Sequence record: ON286975
Origin: Escherichia phage I29
DNA: 64,000 nt
Strand: one strand, 5' to 3'
The notes under the pieces were generated by a model. The model saw only the letters and a program-made list of their open reading frames with translations. It made no database searches and was not told where the DNA came from. The translations under genes were made by a program, and so were the position numbers. Below, in pieces: positions 37,930 to 45,788 of this stretch. Every line of letters starts with the position of its first letter. The stretch's first letter is position 1.

Positions 37930-37932
37930 ATT

Positions 37933-38133
37933 TTACAGGCCTACAATCTCTTTAATTCGTTTTACTGCTGCCTCAGCGCCTTGAGGGTAAAAATTATGGT
38001 AACCAATCACGCGAGTGATACTAATCGCCGTTTGATGATCTTCATAATCACCTTTAAAGATTTCTTGACCGTCAATCAGCACGGCAATTTTTTCTTCTTT
38101 TTTGAAGTTAATAACGCGGATATTGTTGCTCAT
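37933..38133 (-). CDS. hypothetical protein
   Basis: 66 aa; AAAGGAGAAAC RBS. Confidence 0.45.
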   Translation of the reverse strand: MSNNIRVINFKKEEKIAVLIDGQEIFKGDYEDHQTAISITRVIGYHNFYPQGAEAAVKRIKEIVGL

Positions 38134-38221
38134 TTTGTTTCTCCTTTTGGAACTTTGTCTATGCGGTGGGGAGTGTCTCCCCGTTGATTGATATTATCCA
38201 TATTCTGGATCGGATTGCAAC

Positions 38222-38259
38222 ACTCAGGGAGAAAAAATTTGAAAAGTTAGGCCCCAGGG
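38222..38259 (-). terminator. intrinsic terminator (minus strand)
   Basis: ggcccc-agggatc-ggggcc hairpin followed on the minus strand by a T-rich tract. Confidence 0.5.
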
Positions 38260-38611
38260 ATCGGGGCCGTTATCAGTTACTTACAGCGATAAAATACATC
38301 CCTACGCCTAACAATATTTCAAGGGCGATGATCTCAAGCCATACCATAACACGGCGCGCCTTATCGGTGCGGGGCTTATCCTTGGGTGTCATCGTCTCCC
38401 CCTTTCCTCCTGTTAGCAGTGACGTGGTTTGCAATGGCCCCCAGGAGTATTATCACCACGCACATTACAAGAAAAATTATCTCTGTCGTTGTTCGATCCA
38501 TTGTTATAAAATTCCTTAAGATCAGGCCTGAAAATAAAGCTTTCGTTATTGAATCCATCCCGCCAGGCGGCTGGCTTCAAATCTTCACTAAAGGGGTTAA
38601 TTAACGTGGCA

Positions 38612-38983
38612 TTATTTAAACGGCTGGTCCACATATTTTCTATTCCTCTCAAATAGGCGATCCGCCTCAGTTAAACAAATCTCATGGGCGTGATCTCTGG
38701 TTTTAGCTTCATCGAAAACCTGTTGTGCAAGGCTGCAACGTAGGGAGACTGGAAGATCGCTGTAGTAGGCGTTGACAAATGTTTGAGCGTCGTACAGGTC
38801 TGAAAATACTTTACCCTTTCTATTATTCCCCTTGTCAACAATTGCAAGGATAACCAATACAATAGTTGCAACCACTCCCAGGAAAATAGATATAACAAAC
38901 CATAGAAAAGCGGATCTACCCATCTTGCCAGCGATCCAGGCGTTGAACAAGGCAACTACTACAGCCAAAATAATAAATTCCAT
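38612..38983 (-). CDS. membrane protein (two predicted TM helices)
   Basis: Start at MEFIILAVVVALFNAWIAG after AAAGAGG; second hydrophobic segment FLWFVISIFLGVVATIVLVILAIV. Confidence 0.5.
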   Translation of the reverse strand: MEFIILAVVVALFNAWIAGKMGRSAFLWFVISIFLGVVATIVLVILAIVDKGNNRKGKVFSDLYDAQTFVNAYYSDLPVSLRCSLAQQVFDEAKTRDHAHEICLTEADRLFERNRKYVDQPFK

Positions 38984-39008
38984 TCTATGTACCTCTTTTG
39001 CAGTTCTG

Positions 39009-39038
39009 TTTAACAATAAGGCGGCAAATATGCCGCCT
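39009..39038 (-). terminator. intrinsic terminator (minus strand)
   Basis: ggcggca-aata-tgccgcc hairpin followed on the minus strand by TTATTGTT. Confidence 0.55.
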
Positions 39039-39047
39039 GTTACCTGA

Positions 39048-39428
39048 TTAAAAATTATCGCCGTAAATCTTTCCGCTTTCTGCCCACACCACCACGCGGG
39101 GCATGTTATCCCATACGTCTTGTTTTAGATTTAACGCGTGCAATTCTTCTGTGGTGCTCATACCAGGCACGGGCTGATTGTATACTGCAAAACGACCACC
39201 TGCATAATCATAAGCTAAAGTCAAATCGCACTGAATCATTTTCTTGATCATGGCGTTAAGCATAGCGTTAGCCGCGTACTGGTCACGTTTTAAAGGCAAC
39301 TCTTTGATTAGTTTGCGATAGTTTTCGATATGGTCGCACACTGTTTCACGTGGAAGATCTTTCATATCTTCACGGAATGTAACCAGGTTAAACATAACGG
39401 TGTCAATAGCTTTAGTAGTGTTTTTCAT
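39048..39428 (-). CDS. hypothetical protein
   Basis: 126 aa; AGAGGAAAAC RBS. Confidence 0.5.
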   Translation of the reverse strand: MKNTTKAIDTVMFNLVTFREDMKDLPRETVCDHIENYRKLIKELPLKRDQYAANAMLNAMIKKMIQCDLTLAYDYAGGRFAVYNQPVPGMSTTEELHALNLKQDVWDNMPRVVVWAESGKIYGDNF

Positions 39429-39519
39429 GATGTTTTCCTCTTTGTTTTGTGTGGGGGCAAGTCATCTCGCCCCCTTAAGTTTTAATATAGCAGGTTTTTA
39501 GATTATTGCAACACTTTAT

Positions 39520-40143
39520 TTATGAAAAACTCATCTCTCCATATTCATCCACATCAAACCGCCAATCATTGGCTTCAATAAGGCCGATCAAGTTTTCGGT
39601 AGTAAACTGTTCAAGATAGGCCTCCTCCAGGTCTACATAAACCTTGCGGGATAGCTCCCGTACCGTCTCGGTGATCAGCTCTTCCAGATCTTCCACTTTA
39701 TTTTCTTGTTTTGCGGTCAGATCTAGCCAGGTAGTATCAATATATCCGCTTACAGTGTTTTCATGGCTGTAATGGCTGTACTTGTCGCGTTCAACACTGG
39801 CTGATAGTTCGCCATCGTGCATTGTGCCGAACAAGTGACGAATTGATCGGAACTTGGTCAGGGCCTTGACTTTACGCAAGAATTTCTCTAAGTCTACATT
39901 TTCAGCACTAATTGACGCGCCATCGCCTTGACACCAAAAGCCGGACCAATGTACATCGGTATCTTCAAGGCCGTACTCTGGAAAAACTTGTTCTTTATAA
40001 TATTCAATTACACTTTCTGCGAAAAAATCCTCTCCGCTGTGTTCTTCTCTTTCGCGGACCATTTCAATAGCTTTTTCTTTTTGTTCGTCGGTCAGCACGT
40101 CGAAAGATAAATTGCAACCTGTGGTAATGTTAACGGTAGTCAT
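39520..40143 (-). CDS. acidic hypothetical protein
   Basis: 207 aa; contains HWSGFWCQGDGASI; no confident family assignment. Confidence 0.5.
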   Translation of the reverse strand: MTTVNITTGCNLSFDVLTDEQKEKAIEMVREREEHSGEDFFAESVIEYYKEQVFPEYGLEDTDVHWSGFWCQGDGASISAENVDLEKFLRKVKALTKFRSIRHLFGTMHDGELSASVERDKYSHYSHENTVSGYIDTTWLDLTAKQENKVEDLEELITETVRELSRKVYVDLEEAYLEQFTTENLIGLIEANDWRFDVDEYGEMSFS

Positions 40144-40199
40144 GATATTTTCTCCTATTTTCTTTGTTAGTGGCGGGAAGTTTTCTCGCCTGTGTGTTT

Positions 40200-40228
40200 A
40201 AGTATACTTATTGAGGCTTACTTGTCAA
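40200..40228 (-). promoter_or_regulatory. sigma70-type promoter (minus strand)
   Basis: Minus strand TTGACA-17-ATACTT, followed by 5'-UTR hairpin ggcgagaaaacttcccgcc. Confidence 0.5.
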
Positions 40229-40478
40229 CACTATTTTTTAAATTATTGTGGCGTAAAATGTTTAGAATCTCTTCAACGTCATCAACACGGCGGCAATTTT
40301 TAAACGCTACCAATTGCCCCATGATTTTAATCACTGGGCGGCCTTGCCAGTGCCCCTGGAGAAAGCGCGCCTTGACTTTATCGGTGGAACTATCACGCCA
40401 CCAAATGGCCTTGTTGTTGCAGTAGTAAAAATTATTCAGGACAACATCAACTTTATCAAAATTTTTTAATTTACGCAT
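40218..40478 (-). CDS. hypothetical protein
   Basis: 86 aa; AAAGGAGTAAAC RBS. Confidence 0.45.
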   Translation of the reverse strand: MRKLKNFDKVDVVLNNFYYCNNKAIWWRDSSTDKVKARFLQGHWQGRPVIKIMGQLVAFKNCRRVDDVEEILNILRHNNLKNSVDK

Positions 40479-40510
40479 GGCGTTTACTCCTTTCTCTCTT
40501 TGATGTGGTT

Positions 40511-40538
40511 AGTATAGCTAACCTGTTTAAGATGTCAA
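40511..40538 (-). promoter_or_regulatory. sigma70-type promoter (minus strand)
   Basis: Minus strand TTGACA-16-TATACT upstream of gene 40218-40478. Confidence 0.55.
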
Positions 40539-40685
40539 GCTTTAAATAAAATCACTGTCAATGATATTTTTAACGCCATAAAACGGCCCTAAGCGATGTT
40601 TTCAGGTTAAAGGGGGGCGATTGCATAGGTGGGGCCTTTTTGGCGCTTACAGGGCCAACCAGGGGCGCTATTCGTAGGATAGAAA

Positions 40686-40711
40686 TAAAAAGCCCCGCAC
40701 AATGGCGGGGC
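40686..40711 (-). terminator. intrinsic terminator (minus strand)
   Basis: gccccgc-acaatg-gcggggc followed on the minus strand by TTTTTA. Confidence 0.6.
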
Positions 40712-40719
40712 GTTGGTTG

Positions 40720-40917
40720 TTATTTGTCTTTATGGCGGTATCGTTCTGCCTGTCGTTCACGTTCCAAAAGTAGGCCAGGCAATTTACGATCATAATGATT
40801 CCGCCAGATCTTCCCAAATCTTTTTGGCTTATTCAGTTTATTGTTGCGCTGGCGACGTTCCGGCAACTCTTCGGAATCATGAGGGCGCTTTACAATTTTT
40901 TCGAAATTAATTTTCAT
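40720..40917 (-). CDS. small basic protein
   Basis: Start MKINFEKIV after AAGGGGGG; Arg/Lys-rich. Confidence 0.45.
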   Translation of the reverse strand: MKINFEKIVKRPHDSEELPERRQRNNKLNKPKRFGKIWRNHYDRKLPGLLLERERQAERYRHKDK

Positions 40918-41278
40918 AACTTCCCCCCTTACTGATCTCAATATTTGCCTGAATCGCCCGGATACGCCGTTTTATAACCTCCTGATCCTTGCAATCATAT
41001 CCCCAAAAGTCTACGATTTTTGCGCCTCCAGCCTTTAGGCGGTATAGTGTTTCTTGCATCTTGTAGGCCGGGATCGGTCGCGGTGTTACCTGGTCGCCCT
41101 TCTCATTCTTGTACTTGATAATGTAGTCTTCATTGTCGTTGAATACCCAAAATGGGTATTCTGTGAGCGCGTTGCTCTCTTTTTCGTTTTTAGATTGGAT
41201 CTTGTTTACAATTAAAGCCGTAGCAATAGCGCCAATAATAAAACTTGCCCCACTGATCATGTTACTTTCTCCTTTCAT
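40907..41278 (-). CDS. membrane-anchored hypothetical protein
   Basis: N-terminal hydrophobic helix ISGASFIIGAIATALIV; 123 aa. Confidence 0.45.
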   Translation of the reverse strand: MKGESNMISGASFIIGAIATALIVNKIQSKNEKESNALTEYPFWVFNDNEDYIIKYKNEKGDQVTPRPIPAYKMQETLYRLKAGGAKIVDFWGYDCKDQEVIKRRIRAIQANIEISKGGSYEN

Positions 41279-41336
41279 TGTATTGATAAACTATCTTTAT
41301 AGATGGCCCTGCTACCAGGACCACCGAAAAAACAGT

Positions 41337-41582
41337 TTATTTGACGATACCGACAAAACAGATCCCGCCTTCCCCTATATAGGCAATATCGGTAATTTTA
41401 TAATTTGTCAAGATCCGCGTGTTCAGCTCATTAATAAAATCTGTCATCGCGTTGGTGTAGTTGTCTTCCGTGTCTAAGGCATAATCCCAGGTGTAAACCT
41501 TTTTACGTCCGAAGCCTTTTACCATGATACGGGCGCTTTTGGTGTTGGTAGGGGCATAATATTTGGTGATTAGTGCTGCCAT
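41337..41582 (-). CDS. hypothetical protein
   Basis: 81 aa; AGGAG RBS; downstream of 45-bp element copy 2. Confidence 0.45.
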   Translation of the reverse strand: MAALITKYYAPTNTKSARIMVKGFGRKKVYTWDYALDTEDNYTNAMTDFINELNTRILTNYKITDIAYIGEGGICFVGIVK

Positions 41583-41625
41583 GGTTTTAACTCCTATGCA
41601 TTAGTTCAGTGTTAACAGTATAAAG

Positions 41626-41669
41626 TTTACTTTATTGATGGCCCTGGAGTCAAGGCCATCTAAAAATAA
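41626..41669 (-). repeat. 45-bp promoter/stem-loop repeat element, copy 2
   Basis: Near-identical to 37886-37929; -10 TAAACT. Confidence 0.6.
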
Positions 41670-41671
41670 TC

Positions 41672-42022
41672 TTACTCGTTTTCTTCCAGCTCCGCAAGCT
41701 CTTCTTTTGCTTCTTCCAACTCTGTCTGTAATTCCTGGTATTCTTCATCGTCCTCAATATCCAGGCTGTCGATGTAGTCGCTAAATCCGCAGCGGTAAGC
41801 GATAGGATCTAGCTCTTTGAGGATACGCGACGGAAGAAAAGAAATGTTTCCGATCATAATTTCGCCGTAGATCTCGTCTAACCATTCATCATAGTTTTCG
41901 TCGTACTTGTCCTCGTCGATTTCAAAGTTATCGATCTTGTCTTCAAGTTCTGCAATCTGTTTTTTCAGGGCGGCGATCTGCAGGGCTTTTTCTTCGGCGG
42001 TCATAGTGATGGAAGTATTCAT
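41672..42022 (-). CDS. highly acidic coiled-coil protein
   Basis: 116 aa, about one-third Asp/Glu (EDKIDNFEIDEDKYDENYDEWLDEIY...EDDEEYQELQTELEEAKEE). Confidence 0.5.
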   Translation of the reverse strand: MNTSITMTAEEKALQIAALKKQIAELEDKIDNFEIDEDKYDENYDEWLDEIYGEIMIGNISFLPSRILKELDPIAYRCGFSDYIDSLDIEDDEEYQELQTELEEAKEELAELEENE

Positions 42023-42074
42023 AATGTTTTCTCCTTTTGGTGTTCTGGGAAGTTTTCCCGTTTATGTGCTTAGT

Positions 42075-42102
42075 ATTATACTGATTTAAGTTAGCTTGTC
42101 AA
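42075..42102 (-). promoter_or_regulatory. sigma70-type promoter (minus strand)
   Basis: Minus strand TTGACA-16-TATAAT, then 5'-UTR hairpin gggaaaacttccc. Confidence 0.55.
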
Positions 42103-42222
42103 TTAAAAGTTTAAGAAAAATTTTGCGAAATCATTGGCGCTACTCATCAACATTTGCGCCAGGATGTAACCAATGATGCAAACGATAATAGTTACCTTTG
42201 TGTGCTGGCGTGTAGTGCTCAT
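42103..42222 (-). CDS. small hydrophobic peptide, 39 aa
   Basis: MSTTRQHTKVTIIVCIIGYILAQMLMSSANDFAKFFLNF; GGAGG RBS; downstream of 45-bp element copy 3. Confidence 0.4.
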   Translation of the reverse strand: MSTTRQHTKVTIIVCIIGYILAQMLMSSANDFAKFFLNF

Positions 42223-42251
42223 CTTCAAGCCTCCTTTTTAACTGGGATTAG

Positions 42252-42295
42252 TTTACTTTACTGATGGCCCTGGAGTCAAGGCCATCTAAAAATAA
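42252..42295 (-). repeat. 45-bp promoter/stem-loop repeat element, copy 3
   Basis: GATGGCC-TTGACTCCAG-GGCCATC with -10 TAAACT; one substitution vs other copies. Confidence 0.6.
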
Positions 42296-42297
42296 AC

Positions 42298-42693
42298 TCA
42301 ATAAGTTTTTAGTACTTTCCCGTCCAATCTGTCAAGCTGGATCTCGATAGCTGCAGAAAACCTATTGTAAACCACATCGCCCAAGGAGTCCAGCCAATCT
42401 ATGACGTTATACACCTGCTCTTTATTCTTGCAAGTCCGGATCCGTTTCATTACGTAAGACGGATCAATATTAGCGCTCTCGTTGTTGTGGTCATGCTCCT
42501 GGCCTGCTGCATTAGTTATAGATTTTACAACCACCTGAAAAGGCTTTAAGGTGCCTTTTGCGTTCATCTCACGCGCTTTTGCGGCGCGGTTGTTATATGT
42601 TACACAACGGCGGCAAATGTTGACCAAATGCATGTCAATAATTTTTTCATCGTTTGCCAGTTCGTTCATGATGCGGCGTACGTTCTTATTCAT
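42298..42693 (-). CDS. hypothetical protein
   Basis: 131 aa; AAGGAAAAAGATC RBS. Confidence 0.5.
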   Translation of the reverse strand: MNKNVRRIMNELANDEKIIDMHLVNICRRCVTYNNRAAKAREMNAKGTLKPFQVVVKSITNAAGQEHDHNNESANIDPSYVMKRIRTCKNKEQVYNVIDWLDSLGDVVYNRFSAAIEIQLDRLDGKVLKTY

Positions 42694-42712
42694 GATCTTT
42701 TTCCTTTGTGTT

Positions 42713-42731
42713 GGCGGGAAACATTCCCGCC
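42713..42731 (-). promoter_or_regulatory. conserved 5'-UTR stem-loop
   Basis: ggcgggaa-acat-tcccgcc directly after predicted TSS; similar hairpins at about 40170, 42040 and 39450. Confidence 0.4.
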
Positions 42732-42741
42732 TTTTGTGATT

Positions 42742-42769
42742 AGTTTACTTGAATTTTGCAGCGTGTCAA
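42742..42769 (-). promoter_or_regulatory. sigma70-type promoter (minus strand)
   Basis: Minus strand TTGACA-16-TAAACT. Confidence 0.5.
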
Positions 42770-42775
42770 CAATTT

Positions 42776-43174
42776 TTATTCGTGGGCGCATGTTACAATG
42801 TGCTTTTTATAGCCCAGGTGGTTAGCAAGTGCCGACAAAAACTCTTCTTCATAGATCCAGCCGTTGGCAGTGATCCCCATAGCATTTAATGCGCTCTCAA
42901 GTGCTGCATTAGCTTTATCGTAACCGTGACCGCTCGCCTTCCCGCCAGTATAACCGTACTTATTGTTCTTGTTGTCGTGAATCCAAAAAACGCAGTATTG
43001 AGTGTTCCCGCTGGCGGCGGCATAATACCGGATCTCAGCTACTTCGTGCAAATTATTGTCATCGTCCAGGCCCACCAGATTATAAGCCTTGTAAAATCCA
43101 CGATCCCGGCGGCAGTTCTTGACATCAGAAAAAGAAAAGTCCGCATTATCAAAATTAAAGGTAGTGGTTTTCAT
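42776..43174 (-). CDS. hypothetical protein
   Basis: 132 aa; contains GYTGGKASGHGYDKANAALESALNAMG. Confidence 0.5.
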   Translation of the reverse strand: MKTTTFNFDNADFSFSDVKNCRRDRGFYKAYNLVGLDDDNNLHEVAEIRYYAAASGNTQYCVFWIHDNKNNKYGYTGGKASGHGYDKANAALESALNAMGITANGWIYEEEFLSALANHLGYKKHIVTCAHE

Positions 43175-43238
43175 GATTTTATCCTCTTAGTGTCTTTTGT
43201 GCTTTTAGTGTATTTGGTGTCAGACTATATGTCAATAC

Positions 43239-43436
43239 TTATTTTTTATTAAACCAGTGGTTGATCTGGCCTTTTGTCAGGGCGCAACGATTAAGCTGTT
43301 GCCGGGTATAGCTCTGACCGCGACGGAATTTATAAAGGCCTTGCCCGTTGTTGATGGTTACGTCCACCTGGCAAACCATTTGATCGGTGACGGCCTGGTA
43401 AGTGTTGCGACGTACTTTAATTCCGTAGGCGTTCAT
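43239..43436 (-). CDS. small basic protein
   Basis: 65 aa; AGAGGATAAAAAATC RBS. Confidence 0.45.
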   Translation of the reverse strand: MNAYGIKVRRNTYQAVTDQMVCQVDVTINNGQGLYKFRRGQSYTRQQLNRCALTKGQINHWFNKK

Positions 43437-43805
43437 GATTTTTTATCCTCTCTGTTAATTAGTGTGGTGTTGTTCACCTTGCGAGGATAAGAATAACAGA
43501 ACTCTCCGAGCTGTCAACCATTAGTTAGAATTATTTTTTGGGAAGAATTCTCCAGCCGCCGCCCCTGCCAGGTTAACCATCATTTTTCGTACTCTTCTTT
43601 ATGTTCCAACGCTCCCGCCATAGCCTTTTCAACCAGGGTGATAACTTCAGCGGCGTTGATCGCTACATTTTCCAGGGGATTATATTACTTTTCATTTTTG
43701 TACCTCCTCTTCAATTGTTACCTGCCCTGTAGCATAGGCCTGCCAGGCTGGCCCCGCCAGGTTGCAACGGTTAGCGCATCAGGTTAGAAAAATTTTTTGA
43801 AAAGT

Positions 43806-43834
43806 GTTGACAGCGGCCCCGCCAGGTGGCACAA
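43806..43834 (+). promoter_or_regulatory. sigma70-type promoter (plus strand, inside minus-strand region)
   Basis: TTGACA-17-CACAAT; overlaps GCCCCGCCAGGT motif. Confidence 0.4.
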
Positions 43835-43841
43835 TATACCT

Positions 43842-43935
43842 ATCGAAAGGACGGCAGGCACCGGTGACGGGGGAGACAACCACCGGGGATGGGCGCTGCA
43901 TAAAATGAGAACGGTTATCATTATCATTTAAAAAT
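43842..43935 (+). ncRNA. candidate small RNA unit 1
   Basis: Hairpin ccggtg-(acgggggagacaac)-caccgg; about 75% nucleotide identity to unit 2; contains an 8-codon Ile-rich mini-ORF (MRTVIIII, 43904-43930). Confidence 0.3.
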
Positions 43936-43949
43936 TTATGCAAAAAATC

Positions 43950-43980
43950 CTTGCTTTCTTTGTCCTGTGTGATACTATAA
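43950..43980 (+). promoter_or_regulatory. sigma70-type promoter (plus strand)
   Basis: TATAAT -10 at 43975-43980; weak -35 TTGCTT. Confidence 0.4.
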
Positions 43981-43986
43981 TAACAA

Positions 43987-44072
43987 GCCGGGGCAACAGG
44001 GGCCGGGAGACAATCACCGGGGGTGCCCGTTATTCTGCAAACGAGAATGATTATCATTCAAAATTCTAAATG
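43987..44072 (+). ncRNA. candidate small RNA unit 2
   Basis: Paralogue of unit 1: shared GGGAGACAA(C/T)CACCGGGG and GAGAA(C/T)G(G/A)TTATCATT; mini-ORF MIIIQNSK at 44046-44072. Confidence 0.3.
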
Positions 44073-44169
44073 AGAACTCCTCGCATTTAATAAATTTAAT
44101 TAGCGTGCTAATTACCCTCCGTAACAATTTCCTATAAAACAGTATCCCATAAAATATTCCCATATAGAA

Positions 44170-44350
44170 ATTTTAAAAATCCATTTCTGAAAACGAAAAA
44201 TCGATTTCGTTCCCAAAAATTTCAGGTCGAGCTCCGGAACGATTTCCAGAAAATCCGATTCAGAAAACGAAAAACAGATCGAGTACTGAGAAATTTATCG
44301 AGAAAAATTTTCAGAAAATTCAATCTTTGAAACGAAAAACAGATCGAGTA
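44170..44350. repeat. degenerate tandem repeats (about 3 copies, 65-75 bp period)
   Basis: Cores GAAAACGAAAAA(T/C)(C/A)GAT... at 44188, 44262, 44328; copy 1 carries inverted repeat AACGAAA/TTTCGTT. Confidence 0.6.
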
Positions 44351-44596
44351 CCCGGAAAGCTGTACCGCAACCTCAAGATAGTGGTTAGACTATTACCATA
44401 AAAAGTCAAGGGTAAGTGGAGGAAGTTCTAGTAGAAGGATGTGAGCATGTGCGGGAAATCTGTAGTGGTGGTCTGGAATATGGTGCAAACGATAGGATGA
44501 GCGATTCAGCTTGTCGCGCCTACTCTGAAAAATCCATTTTAGTTTTCGATCCATTTTCTGATTTTCTAAGAATTTTAAAATATCTGGTCCGGTGAA

Positions 44597-44631
44597 ATAT
44601 CAAAAGGAGGAAATCCATTTTAGAAATCCTC
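44597..44631 (-). terminator. intrinsic terminator (minus strand)
   Basis: ggagga-(15 nt)-tcctcc followed on the minus strand by TTTTGATATTT; 3' of gene 44664-44996. Confidence 0.55.
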
Positions 44632-44663
44632 CTGATCTCTAGCAACCTGATAACTTAAAAATA

Positions 44664-44996
44664 TCAGGTGCCCAGTTTGTTCTTTCCTTTATACAACCGT
44701 AAGGGTATAGTTTTTGTAACAGTCCATCTCCCCAGCCCTTCCCAGTTCCAGTTGTAGGCATGGTACCCGGTTACGCATGCACTGCTAGAGTGGTCATAGG
44801 CATAAGAGAACGCTATACGCACCAAATGGAACCAGTCTTTCCACGGTTGTGGTCCGTAAGCTTTTCTCCAACACCGACACAAACTAAATGTCTCAAGAAT
44901 AGGTAGGATAACAAATCCATACACCGCCACCAGAATAGCCAGCGCAATGATTGTCAGGAATACATACCCTGCAGTTGAAACGATGATCTCTGTCAT
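44664..44996 (-). CDS. membrane protein
   Basis: N-terminal hydrophobic region EIIVSTAGYVFLTIIALAILVAVYGFVILPIL. Confidence 0.5.
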   Translation of the reverse strand: MTEIIVSTAGYVFLTIIALAILVAVYGFVILPILETFSLCRCWRKAYGPQPWKDWFHLVRIAFSYAYDHSSSACVTGYHAYNWNWEGLGRWTVTKTIPLRLYKGKNKLGT

Positions 44997-45196
44997 TTGT
45001 CGTCCCCTTTCTTACGGATATAGATGTGAGAGCCTGCCTGTATATAAATTTCTCGACCATCTTCTGCAAAGATATGAAATACACGATCACCTTCATACTC
45101 GATACGTGATATCTTCATAATGGTCTTTCCACCTGGGATGCGGATCTCGTCCCCCACAGCGATGTTCCATGCAGATTTAAGCTTAAACATCTGCAC
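44993..45196 (-). CDS. hypothetical protein
   Basis: 67 aa; ATGA coupling. Confidence 0.45.
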   Translation of the reverse strand: MQMFKLKSAWNIAVGDEIRIPGGKTIMKISRIEYEGDRVFHIFAEDGREIYIQAGSHIYIRKKGDDK

Positions 45197-45428
45197 CCTC
45201 CTTTGGGAGCTCTAACTCTGGCATAGCCATATACGCCACAACAGGGTTGTAATCAAAGTAGAAATGACCGTTAATTATCCCAGTTTTGTGAGCATAGTCA
45301 CCAGATCCTGCAAGAACAACCTCGCAAACTCCGAAATCCACCTTGCCATTCTCATCTGCCATGGCTACAATATACTTTCCTAGAGGCATGTTTTTAACGC
45401 CGTCTACAAATGTCCACCCTTTGTTCAT
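45183..45428 (-). CDS. hypothetical protein
   Basis: 81 aa; AGGAG RBS. Confidence 0.45.
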   Translation of the reverse strand: MNKGWTFVDGVKNMPLGKYIVAMADENGKVDFGVCEVVLAGSGDYAHKTGIINGHFYFDYNPVVAYMAMPELELPKEGADV

Positions 45429-45448
45429 ACTTTATCTCCTGCATTCTC

Positions 45449-45781
45449 TTAAGGTAACCAGTAAACAATCTCGCCTTTCAGCTTCATGTCGTTTCCAACA
45501 TAAATTTGCCAGCCATCCATCTTAGCAGCTGCAGGCCCAAAGTCATCCGCACCCCTTACCTCTTTCCAGGTCCCGTAGTCAGGTTGCCAGATGTAAAATC
45601 CACCTTCTTTGTCCCATGCTCCATACACTACGTTTAACAAGTTTCCCATTGCAACAATAGTGGGCCGTGGGAACAATGCATCTACAGATGCGCCACAATA
45701 TTTGGTATCTTTTAAATTGCACTCCCAAAAGATGTCTGCCAGTGTGGCGGCGATAGCTTTACGTCTTTCTAATGTTACCAT
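45449..45781 (-). CDS. hypothetical protein
   Basis: 110 aa on cluster strand. Confidence 0.5.
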   Translation of the reverse strand: MVTLERRKAIAATLADIFWECNLKDTKYCGASVDALFPRPTIVAMGNLLNVVYGAWDKEGGFYIWQPDYGTWKEVRGADDFGPAAAKMDGWQIYVGNDMKLKGEIVYWLP

Positions 45782-45788
45782 ATCATAC

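Noticed and set aside
43741-43836. Sigma54-type promoter (TGGCAC...TTGCA) resemblance in the GCCCCGCCAGG repeats
   Set aside because: Spacing between the GG and GC elements is 12 rather than 10 bp and the -12 element is poor; kept only as a recurring motif.
44170-44350. Possible CRISPR-like array
   Set aside because: Copies are degenerate with irregular spacing, there are no identical repeats with unique spacers, and no cas genes are nearby.
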